DNA of 15,202 bases from positions 1 through 15,202 of the forward strand of contig CAWKAR010000004.1 of the NCBI GenBank assembly GCA_963847625.1, read 5' to 3'. The DNA is from a candidate division FCPU426 bacterium (GTDB lineage: Bacteria > Oederibacteriota > Muellerivitia > Muellerivitales > Muellerivitaceae). The notes under the pieces are model-generated. The model was not told where the DNA came from and ran no database searches. It saw nothing but the letters and a program-made list of their open reading frames with translations. Shown here in pieces: positions 1 through 7,207 of the stretch (position 1 is the first letter of the stretch; each line of letters begins with the position of its first letter). The position numbers were made by a program, and so were the translations under genes.

Positions 1-753
1 AAGACCGCCTATTTGCGGCTTCGAAACCTGGAAGAAAAAGGCCTTCTGCTGAAGATCCAAAATCTCCCCAACGAGGACACCTATTACTTCCTGTCCCGGC
101 CAGCCTTGCGCCAGCTTTCCGGGCTTGCACGGATACTCATTTCGGCGGAAGTCCGCTCCCCTCATATCAACACCTTCGAGAGGGAGCATGACCGCCGCTT
201 GCTGGAAATGAGAATCCATTTCGAGGCGGACCCTGCCTTGGAGGGCTTAACCTGGCTATCGGATTACGAAATGCGGTGCGGCCTGAAAATGTCCTGGAAG
301 AAAGCCTTGGAGGAAGGCCGGGGCTGGGAGCTGGCCGGAACCAAGCTAAGGCGGCTAAACCAGCGCACCCCGGACGGCTATTTCAAAGCCACCCTGGACG
401 GTCAACCCTACGCCTTTGTCCTGGAATACGAGCATAGCCCCTACAACCGGCAAAAGATGGCGGCCATGATCCTGAACCTGAACCGGGACTTCCCCCAGGC
501 CTTGCGGCTGGTGGTCAGCCGGGACAAGGAACAGGCCGTAAGGCTCTTGGGGGGCTTGGCTACCTACCTCAAGGGTGATCCCCGGCAGAAGGACCTTTGG
601 GGCTTTTCCTTTTTTGGGAAGGCGGCCTACCTGCCTTTTATCAGGGTGCCTTGGGTCAACTTGGAAGGCGAATACCTTCCCTTCGTGAAGGACCCCATCC
701 TCAAGGTCCCCCAGGCCATGGAAAAGGCAAAGCCGGAAGGGATGGAAACATGA
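1..753 (+). CDS. Replication-relaxation (Replic_Relax-like) family protein, 5'-truncated by the window
   Basis: Frame is open from base 1. End of a wHTH-like segment (RLRNLEEKGLL), an HD motif (EHDRRL) and a PD-(D/E)xK-like C-terminus (TPDGYF...LEYEHS). Sits upstream of xis/int. Family recognised by motif pattern only. Confidence 0.6.
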   Translation, partial: KTAYLRLRNLEEKGLLLKIQNLPNEDTYYFLSRPALRQLSGLARILISAEVRSPHINTFEREHDRRLLEMRIHFEADPALEGLTWLSDYEMRCGLKMSWKKALEEGRGWELAGTKLRRLNQRTPDGYFKATLDGQPYAFVLEYEHSPYNRQKMAAMILNLNRDFPQALRLVVSRDKEQAVRLLGGLATYLKGDPRQKDLWGFSFFGKAAYLPFIRVPWVNLEGEYLPFVKDPILKVPQAMEKAKPEGMET

Positions 754-1008
754 ACCGGAATTTCCAGCGCAAGGTAAAACAGCTTTACCCGAAAAACAAA
801 AGAAACGCCCGCAAAAGGCAGGGGTTCGCTTGTCTTGCGACGCCAGACCCCACTCTCCCAGCATCATTACATGATGACTGGAATTCGATAGTGGGGTCTG
901 GCCTCTTAGACAGACTCACCCCTAAAAGCGCGGGCGTGGAGGCAAAGGATAAAACAATAAAAGAATACAGATACAGCGAAAGTCAAAGTCAACAGCAACT
1001 ACAAAACC

Positions 1009-1072
1009 GTGGAAAACCCCCTAGGAACCTGTCCAAAAAGAATGGACAGGTTTATAGAGCGGGGTTTTCCAC
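1009..1072. repeat. Nested inverted repeat (candidate oriT, origin or operator)
   Basis: GTGGAAAACCCC (1009-1020) pairs with GGGGTTTTCCAC (1061-1072). Inner AACCTGTCCA (1026-1035) pairs with TGGACAGGTT (1043-1052). Confidence 0.65.
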
Positions 1073-1139
1073 ACCTTTCCCCGTAGGTGGGACCTTTCAG
1101 GTCCATTATTTTCAATCTTTAGACTTAAGGAGGTAAGCC

Positions 1140-1391
1140 ATGGAAGAACGCAGGAATATAGAACGGAGGAACCATTTAATGACGGACGAGGAAGTGGCCG
1201 AGATGGCGCAGGTTTCCGTCAACACCGTCCGTTATTGGCGGCAGACGGGCATCTTACCTTTCGTAAAGGTGGGCAAATTTCCCAGGGTTTGGTATTCAAT
1301 ATTTCTTCAAATTTTTCAAAAACCCCTTCCACATTTGGCTACCTCTACTGATAAAATGCCAAGTGCTGGGGACATTAGGAGGAAGATATGA
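1140..1391 (+). CDS. Excisionase-like helix-turn-helix DNA-binding protein
   Basis: MerR/HTH_17-like motif LMTDEEVAEMAQVSVNTVRYWRQTGILPFVKVG. Strong SD AGGAGGT just upstream. ATGA overlap with the integrase start. Confidence 0.85.
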   Translation: MEERRNIERRNHLMTDEEVAEMAQVSVNTVRYWRQTGILPFVKVGKFPRVWYSIFLQIFQKPLPHLATSTDKMPSAGDIRRKI

Positions 1392-2485
1392 GTAGACCTA
1401 ATGTTCATGGATTGCCCCGGTTTTTAAGGAAAGACGCCGGGGGATACTTCCTGGACTATTTCGTCCAGGTGGAAGGATTAAAAAAGAGGAAAAGGGTCCG
1501 GTTGGGGTTGATCCCCTTGGCGCAGGCCAAAAAAATCCTGGCCCATCATACGGAAGCCATCGCGGAGCAAAAGTTTATCGCTTCGGATAAGCCCAAGGTG
1601 ACGTTCTCGGAGGCGGCGGATGCCTTCCTAGCCTATTCCAAGGCCAGGAAAAAGAGCCATGAGGAGGACGCACGGTTCATCGAGGGACTTAAGGCTTTCT
1701 TTGGGGACAGGCCTTTGGAGAGCCTGACTCCCGACTTGGTGGAGGCTTATCTGGCCCAAAGGCAGAAGGTAGGCCACAGGCAACACCTGGGCAAAAAGTT
1801 GACGGGTGCCACCCTGAATCGGGAAATGACCTGCCTCAAGACTTTGGTTCACAGGGCGGTCTTGAACGGGAGAATCGAGCGGAACCCTATCGTGGGGATA
1901 CGCCGATTCAAGGAGTATTCCCGGTGCCGGACTTTGACGGCGGAGGAGTTTCAAGCTCTCCTAAGTCAATGCGCTCCACACCTACAGCCCATCGTGAAGA
2001 TGGCTTATTTGACGGGCATGAGGTGCGGCGAGATTCTTGGTTTGAGGTGGGACCAGGTGGACCTGAAGAATAAGGTCATCACCCTGGAAGCCGCCGATAC
2101 CAAGACCCAGGAGAAAAGGGAAATACCTTTGGCTGATGCGTTTATTGAGCTTTTCCAGAGGATACCCCGGACCCTGAAGTGCCCCAATGTCTTTACGTTC
2201 AAGGGGCGGCCCATTGGGAGCGTAAAAACAGCCTTCAACATGGCGCGCCGCAGGGCCGGGATCAAGGATTTTCGGTTCCACGATCTCAGGCATTGCGCGG
2301 TGACCAACCTGCGGAAGGCGGGAGTGAGCGATTCGGTCATCATGTCCATTTCAGGGCATAAGACCCACGCGATGTTCCGTAAGTACGACCGCGTGGACCG
2401 GGATGACCGCCAAAACGCGCTTCAAAGAGTTGAGAGTTTGATTGACACGGATATGACACTTGTGGAAAATCATGCGGCTCTTTAA
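1388..2485 (+). CDS. Tyrosine recombinase / phage-type integrase
   Basis: Catalytic motifs TGMRCGEILGL, FHDLRH and SGHK...MFRKY, a SAM-like core-binding region, 365 aa, adjacent to the tRNA-derived att site. Confidence 0.95.
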   Translation: MSRPNVHGLPRFLRKDAGGYFLDYFVQVEGLKKRKRVRLGLIPLAQAKKILAHHTEAIAEQKFIASDKPKVTFSEAADAFLAYSKARKKSHEEDARFIEGLKAFFGDRPLESLTPDLVEAYLAQRQKVGHRQHLGKKLTGATLNREMTCLKTLVHRAVLNGRIERNPIVGIRRFKEYSRCRTLTAEEFQALLSQCAPHLQPIVKMAYLTGMRCGEILGLRWDQVDLKNKVITLEAADTKTQEKREIPLADAFIELFQRIPRTLKCPNVFTFKGRPIGSVKTAFNMARRRAGIKDFRFHDLRHCAVTNLRKAGVSDSVIMSISGHKTHAMFRKYDRVDRDDRQNALQRVESLIDTDMTLVENHAAL

Positions 2486-2533
2486 AATCGCGGATCGTTG
2501 AAAATTATTACGGGTAAAGGAAATTAGCGTTTA

Positions 2534-2610
2534 GCGTCTGAGTTTCGATTTGATGGAGCGGATGGCTACGGACCAGTAGGTTGGGGGTTCAAGTCCCTCC
2601 AGGCGCACCA
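2534..2610 (+). pseudogene. tRNA-Arg(ACG) 3' half / att site with a degenerate 5' half (pseudo-tRNA)
   Basis: Intact anticodon loop CTACGGA (2566-2572), T-arm GGGGG-TTCAAGT-CCCTC, acceptor 3' strand CAGGCGC-A-CCA. The 5' side lacks U8, a proper D-stem and the D-loop GG. Confidence 0.8.
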
Positions 2611-2871
2611 TTTATATTTGATTAATGAAGGACTTGAAACCGTGGGGGTGCGGGGGTGGGCCCCCGCGTCTTAAACGGGGTAACATAGGGGGATTTTCCC
2701 CTATGAGCGCGAAGCGTGGTTCAATGTCCCTCCAGGCGCACCATATTATTTTATTTAAAAGGGCTCGAAACTGTGGGGTGCGGGGGTGTGCCCCCGCGTT
2801 TCAATGGGGTAACGTAGGGGGACTTTCCCCTATGAGCGCTTTGCGCGGTTCGAGTTCCTCCAGGTGCACTA
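2611..2871 (+). repeat. Two tandem tRNA-linked hairpin units (133 and 128 bp), each ending in a copy of the tRNA-Arg 3' end
   Basis: Copies GGTTCAATGTCCCTCCAGGCGCACCA (2718-2743) and GGTTCGAGTTCCTCCAGGTGCACTA (2847-2871). Both units share internal GC-rich hairpins. Confidence 0.9.
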
Positions 2872-2958
2872 TTTTTTAAAATTGGTACGCACCATTATTA
2901 ACATCCTTGATCGCACGAATATTAGAGGTAGAACCTGAATCCTCACGACGCAAAACAC

Positions 2959-3426
2959 ATGCGGGCCGCGATACGGGAAGCAAAAAAAGCCGCCAAGATG
3001 GGCGAGGTGCCCGTGGGAGCGGTCGTCATAAAAGATGGCAAGGTGGTCGGGCGGGGATACAATTTAACCGAGTCCAAGAAAAACGCCCAGTTCCATGCCG
3101 AATTGGTGGCCCTGTCCAGAGCTTCCAAGAAACTTAAAAGCTGGCGCCTCAACGGTTGTGATTTATACGCGACTTTGGAACCCTGTACCATGTGCGCCGG
3201 CGCCGTGGTTTTATCCCGGATTCGGCGCCTGGTTTACGGGGCGCTGGATCCCAAGGCCGGGGCGGTGGAAAGCACGGCCGGCGTATTGCGCAACTCCAAA
3301 TTGAATCACCGGGTAGATGTCACCAGCGGTATATTAAAGGAAGAATGTTCCGGGATTCTGGGTGATTTTTTCAAGGAACTGCGGTCCAAACGGTTGAAAC
3401 AGGGAAAAAAGTTCCTGGAGCGTTAG
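2959..3426 (+). CDS. tadA: tRNA-specific adenosine-34 deaminase
   Basis: GEVPVGAV, HAE and EPCTMCAGA zinc motifs, YGALDPKAGAV, LNHRV, FFKELR. The true start may be CTG at 2935. Confidence 0.93.
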   Translation: MRAAIREAKKAAKMGEVPVGAVVIKDGKVVGRGYNLTESKKNAQFHAELVALSRASKKLKSWRLNGCDLYATLEPCTMCAGAVVLSRIRRLVYGALDPKAGAVESTAGVLRNSKLNHRVDVTSGILKEECSGILGDFFKELRSKRLKQGKKFLER

Positions 3427-3451
3427 GTTAAGCTGTTTGTTTTCGCAACGT

Positions 3452-3527
3452 GGGGATGTAGCTCAGCTGGGAGAGCGTCTCGTTCGCAACGAGAAGGTCG
3501 GCGGTTCGATCCCGCTCATCTCCACCA
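3452..3527 (+). tRNA. tRNA-Ala(CGC)
   Basis: 76-nt cloverleaf, G3:U70 pair, anticodon loop TTCGCAA, GGTTCGATCC T-arm, encoded CCA. Confidence 0.96.
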
Positions 3528-3757
3528 ATTTTTCTTTGAGTATTGGAACCTGGAAGGTTCCAATGTTAATGGAAATTGGCGCGTCCCAATGGCGACAATA
3601 GATTAGGTTCCAATGATCCATTGGGGCACCAATTTTTTCGTGAAACGAAAAAATGAAGCAATTGGACAATAGGAATTATGGCTGTTAGATAAAAAATTGC
3701 GATCTATTGCTCAATTATTCCATTTTCAGGCGGGACATGCCCGCCCTTGTTTTTTGT

Positions 3758-3850
<93 letters not shown>

Positions 3851-3865
3851 ATTTTAATAAATAAT

Positions 3866-3970
3866 GGATTCGAAGCCTGAAGGGGTGTGGGGAAGAGGCT
3901 TCCCCGCATTGTTCGATGGGGTACACGGGGGTTTTTCCCCGTGAGCGCTCTGCGCGGGTCGTATCCCTCC
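3866..3970 (+). repeat. tRNA-linked hairpin unit behind tRNA-Ser
   Basis: Inverted T-arm copy GGATTCGAAGCC, hairpin 3885-3909, GGGGTA, CACGGGGG/CCCCGTG, GCGC-TCT-GCGC, then degenerate direct copy GGGTCGTATCCCTCC. Confidence 0.8.
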
Positions 3971-4123
3971 TACTTCTCAATTTCTTCAAGTATAGATGTC
4001 ACGTTCATGGTCCCTTTTCTCCCTGTTTTATTGGTTTCTTCTGGGAAAAACGCAAATCTTAACCCCGAGAAAACTTCTACTCCGATGGAAAAGCCGACGA
4101 GTTTTCGTTTAAGATATTGGCCC

Positions 4124-4248
4124 GCACCCCGGCGTGGAAGTCGGGTCCTATACGGCGAGCTGGCCCCAACTCCGCCAGGTCCGGAAGGAAGCAACGGTAA
4201 GGCATGTGTTCGGGTGTTGTAGGTAACCTGGCTTCCACGGCGGGATGC
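4124..4248 (+). ncRNA. ffs: Signal recognition particle RNA (small 4.5S type)
   Basis: Conserved domain IV CCGCCAGGTCCGGAAGGAAGCAACGG, long closing stem CGTGGAAG/CTTCCACG, typical position upstream of dnaX. Ends are approximate. Confidence 0.92.
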
Positions 4249-4272
4249 CCGCCGCCTAAGAAACGGCAATGC

Positions 4273-4364
4273 TGAATGTTTAATTCTTAATTTTAAATGA
4301 CCGTTGTTTTCCGCCAGGCGGAAAACCTCCCTCATTTAAAATTCAAAATTCAGAATTTAAAATT
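4273..4364. repeat. AT-rich heptamer-repeat palindromic element
   Basis: Outer IR AATTTTAAATGA/TCATTTAAAATT. Central perfect palindrome GTTTTCCGCC-A-GGCGGAAAAC (4306-4326). Confidence 0.7.
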
Positions 4365-4374
4365 GGAGTCTTTT

Positions 4375-6096
4375 ATGTCTCCCCAAGTCTTGGCTTTAAA
4401 ATGGCGCCCCCAAGTCTTCGCGGACCTGGTGGGCCAGGAAGCCGTCACCCGGACCCTGCAAAACGCCATCCGCGCCAACCGCTTGGCCCACGCTTACATA
4501 TTCGCCGGGCCCCGGGGGGTGGGGAAAACCACCACCGCCCGCATCTTCGCCAAGGTTTTGAATTGCCGGAACCCCAAGGACGCTGAACCCTGCAATGCCT
4601 GCGACCTTTGCGACGAGGTCAACCAGGGTTCCTCCATGGACGTGATCGAGATCGACGCCGCCTCCGTCAACGGGATCGAAGGGATCCGCACCCTGCAGGA
4701 ACAGGTGGGAACCTACCCCGCCAAGGGAAAATACAAGGTTTACATCTTCGACGAGGCCCACCGCATCACGGGGCCTGCCTTCGACGCCTTCTTGAAAACC
4801 CTGGAGGAGCCTCCTCCGCACGTGGTTTTCATCATGGCCTCCACCGAAATCCATAAATTTCCAGCCACGGTCCAGTCCCGCTGCCAGCGTTTCGAGTTCC
4901 GATCCATGGGCCTGGAGACCCTGATCAAGCAACTGCGCAAGATCGCCGACTCCGAAAAAGTCGAGGCCGACGACAAGACCCTTTACCAGATCGCCCGCTC
5001 GGCTGGCGGGTCGATGCGCGACGCCCAAAGAACCCTGGATCAATTGGTGGCCTTTTCCGGAAAAAAAGTGACCCTGGAAGACGTCCATCTGGCGCTAGGA
5101 ACCATCGAGGGGGAGGTTTTCCTGAGAGTCATCGAAGCCGCGGCTAAGCAAGACGCCGCAGAAGGTTTGTCGGTAGTCAAGGGAATCCTGGAAAGCGGCA
5201 AGGACCTTGGACATTTTTACGGAGGCCTGCTGGAGACCTACCGCCACTTGGCGGTGGCCAAGGCATATCCATCCTCTTCCTCCACGCTCATTCCCCTTCC
5301 CGCCGAAGAGGTGGAAAAAATAGTTTCAATTTCCAGCCGAATGGGGGAGGCCCTCATTCTCTCCTCGCTGAGGCTTCTCATCGAGCAGGAATGGGCCGTC
5401 CGGCATTCCGCCAATCCCCAAGTAGTCCTCGAAACGGTCGTGATGGAACTCTGCCGTTTGGAAAAATTAACTTCCGTTGGGGACATGATCCTGCGTTCCC
5501 AGGACGGGGCTTCTTCCTCCATCTCCAACAGCGCCGGGTCCCCTTCTTCCCCGGCTCCAACGTCTCCGACCCCCGTGGTATCAGACCCTGCGCCGATTCC
5601 CGCTTCCGAGCAGGAAGGAGAGCCGGTTTTCGCCGTGGATGAGATCGAGGATCCCGTCGAGGCCGAAAAGAACCCCGATATGGCCAAGTTGAAATCCCGC
5701 TGGACGGAAATCCTTGAAAAAATCACAACCCAGGACAAGGCCCTGGGCGCGGTCATGAGGGATACGCATCCTAAAAACATCGAGGAAGGCACGCTGGTAT
5801 TGGTCTGCAAAAGCCTTTTCCACCTGGAAAGGCTCTCCAAACCAGAGAGCAAAATTCTCGTCGAGAAGCTATTGGAGGAGGAAATCGGCAAAAAAGTCAC
5901 TCTTGTTCCGGTTTTACCCGAAGGTTCCAATCCCCCTATTCCCCAGAAACTCTCAGGCCCGAAATCTCCCAGGTCCTATTCGGCTCCGAAAGTGGACATG
6001 AAGGAATTGGAAAAAGAGGAACCGCTCGTGGCCGCCGCCATAAAACTGTTCGGCGGAAAGATTGTGGAAGTAAAACGGAATAATCCGAGAAAGTAA
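4375..6096 (+). CDS. dnaX: DNA polymerase III subunit gamma/tau
   Basis: ALKWRPQ, Walker A GPRGVGKTT, Cys4 zinc module, DEAH, LKTLEEPP, SRC arginine finger, Pro/Ser linker. SD GGAG at 4365-4368 supports ATG 4375 over 4297. Confidence 0.96.
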   Translation: MSPQVLALKWRPQVFADLVGQEAVTRTLQNAIRANRLAHAYIFAGPRGVGKTTTARIFAKVLNCRNPKDAEPCNACDLCDEVNQGSSMDVIEIDAASVNGIEGIRTLQEQVGTYPAKGKYKVYIFDEAHRITGPAFDAFLKTLEEPPPHVVFIMASTEIHKFPATVQSRCQRFEFRSMGLETLIKQLRKIADSEKVEADDKTLYQIARSAGGSMRDAQRTLDQLVAFSGKKVTLEDVHLALGTIEGEVFLRVIEAAAKQDAAEGLSVVKGILESGKDLGHFYGGLLETYRHLAVAKAYPSSSSTLIPLPAEEVEKIVSISSRMGEALILSSLRLLIEQEWAVRHSANPQVVLETVVMELCRLEKLTSVGDMILRSQDGASSSISNSAGSPSSPAPTSPTPVVSDPAPIPASEQEGEPVFAVDEIEDPVEAEKNPDMAKLKSRWTEILEKITTQDKALGAVMRDTHPKNIEEGTLVLVCKSLFHLERLSKPESKILVEKLLEEEIGKKVTLVPVLPEGSNPPIPQKLSGPKSPRSYSAPKVDMKELEKEEPLVAAAIKLFGGKIVEVKRNNPRK

Positions 6097-6193
6097 GAAG
6101 CGCTCGACAGCTTCAACGGGATACGATTATTAATTAAATCCTCATAATCTTTGTTGATTGCGGCACACATTTTTCGAACCGAGGAGACGTAAG

Positions 6194-6505
6194 ATGCCAG
6201 AACTACTCAGCCTTTTCCGGCAAGCCCAACTGATGAAGGAAAAAATGGCCGAATTCCAGAAGGGAATGGAAGCCAACCTCTTCACCGGTACCGCGGGGCG
6301 GGGGGCTGTCACCGTCATAGTGAATGGGAAACACGAAGTGCAAAAGGTAACGATCGACCCGAAGGCGGTCCAACCGGAAAAGGCCGAGGATCTGCAGGCG
6401 CTCATCCAAGCCGCCGTCAATGACGCGGGCCGGCAGGTCAACGACAAGATCAAGGAAGAAGTTTCCAAAATGACGGGCGGCCTGGGCATTCCCGGCCTTT
6501 TCTAA
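6194..6505 (+). CDS. ybaB: YbaB/EbfC family nucleoid-associated protein
   Basis: QAQLMKEKM...GTAGRGAVTVIVNG...IDP...LIQAAVNDA...MTGGLGIPG, dnaX-ybaB-recR synteny, SD GAGGAG before ATG 6194. Confidence 0.93.
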   Translation: MPELLSLFRQAQLMKEKMAEFQKGMEANLFTGTAGRGAVTVIVNGKHEVQKVTIDPKAVQPEKAEDLQALIQAAVNDAGRQVNDKIKEEVSKMTGGLGIPGLF

Positions 6506-6510
6506 CACTG

Positions 6511-6592
6511 GAATTTTAAATTCTTAATTTTAAATTTTGAATTGTCGTTACTTTTAAGCAGTGCTTAAAAGTTTCAAATTCATAATTCCAAA
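6511..6592. repeat. AT-rich heptamer-repeat palindromic element (second copy)
   Basis: Shares the 17-mer AATTCTTAATTTTAAAT with 4282-4298. Central palindrome ACTTTTAAGCA-G-TGCTTAAAAGT (6550-6572). Confidence 0.7.
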
Positions 6593-7207
6593 ATGGAGTT
6601 TATTTTGGCTGAGTATCCCCCATCCCTGGAACGGCTTCTTCACGAACTGGGAAAGCTCCCTGGATTTGGTCCCCGGACCGCCCAGCGCCTGGCCTTCCAC
6701 ATGTTGAAACGGCCGGTCGAGGCCTCCCAGTCCCTGTCCCAGGCCCTCGTGGAGGCCCGCCTCCGGCTTCATCCCTGCCGGGACTGCTTCAACTTGACCG
6801 AGGAAACCCTTTGCCGGATCTGTTCCTCCTCCAACCGGGACCGCCACTTCCTCCTCGTGGTGGAGGATCCCAGCGATGTCGCGGTTTTCGAGCGCACCCA
6901 TGAGTACCACGGCCTTTACCATGTTTTGGGCGGAACCCTCTCCCCCCTGGAAGGCCGGGGCCCCCAGGAATTAAACTTGGATTCGTTGGTTTCCAGGGTC
7001 AAATCAAAAAATGATTTCAAGGAAATCATCCTGGCCACCGATCCCACGGTGGAGGGGGACACCACCGCCCTTTATATCCAGCAACTCTTGAAGGACGTGC
7101 CGGTGAAGGTCACCCGCTTGGCGCGAGGCCTTCCCTCCGGCGGTGACGTGGAGTACGCGGACGAATCAACACTCCTTAAAGCCCTGGAAGGGCGAAGAGA
7201 ATTATAG
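6593..7207 (+). CDS. recR: Recombination mediator RecR
   Basis: HhH motif LPGFGPRTAQRLAF, Cys4 zinc finger, TOPRIM domain (YHVLGG, ILATDPTVEGDTTA), RLARGLP. TTG at 6605, with GGAG 6 nt upstream, is a likely alternative start. Confidence 0.96.
   Translation: MEFILAEYPPSLERLLHELGKLPGFGPRTAQRLAFHMLKRPVEASQSLSQALVEARLRLHPCRDCFNLTEETLCRICSSSNRDRHFLLVVEDPSDVAVFERTHEYHGLYHVLGGTLSPLEGRGPQELNLDSLVSRVKSKNDFKEIILATDPTVEGDTTALYIQQLLKDVPVKVTRLARGLPSGGDVEYADESTLLKALEGRREL

Larger units (their letters stand above)
1..2610 (+). mobile_element. Right end of an integrative (possibly mobilizable) element inserted in tRNA-Arg(ACG)
   Basis: Relaxase-like gene, xis and tyrosine integrase are co-oriented toward a tRNA-Arg 3' half at 2563-2610. 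Core genes resume afterwards. The left end is outside the window. Confidence 0.8.

Noticed and set aside
597..1136. 179-aa ORF, or a 128-aa version from ATG 750 overlapping the upstream stop
   Set aside because: No recognisable motif, and it runs through the hairpin region. The ATGA overlap leaves a short gene possible, but I cannot support it.
2625..2879. 84-aa ORF with an internal repeat (and similar ORFs at 10242-10636)
   Set aside because: These are translations of the tRNA gene or the tRNA-linked DNA repeats.
3442..3450. TTCGCAACG upstream of tRNA-Ala duplicates its anticodon loop
   Set aside because: Only 9 bp, on the 5' side, with no associated element, so compatible with chance.
5061..5067. 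Programmed -1 frameshift in dnaX at the A7 run
   Set aside because: It lies near codon 230, too early to give a complete gamma subunit. No canonical A-AAA-AAG with a stimulator was seen at the expected position.
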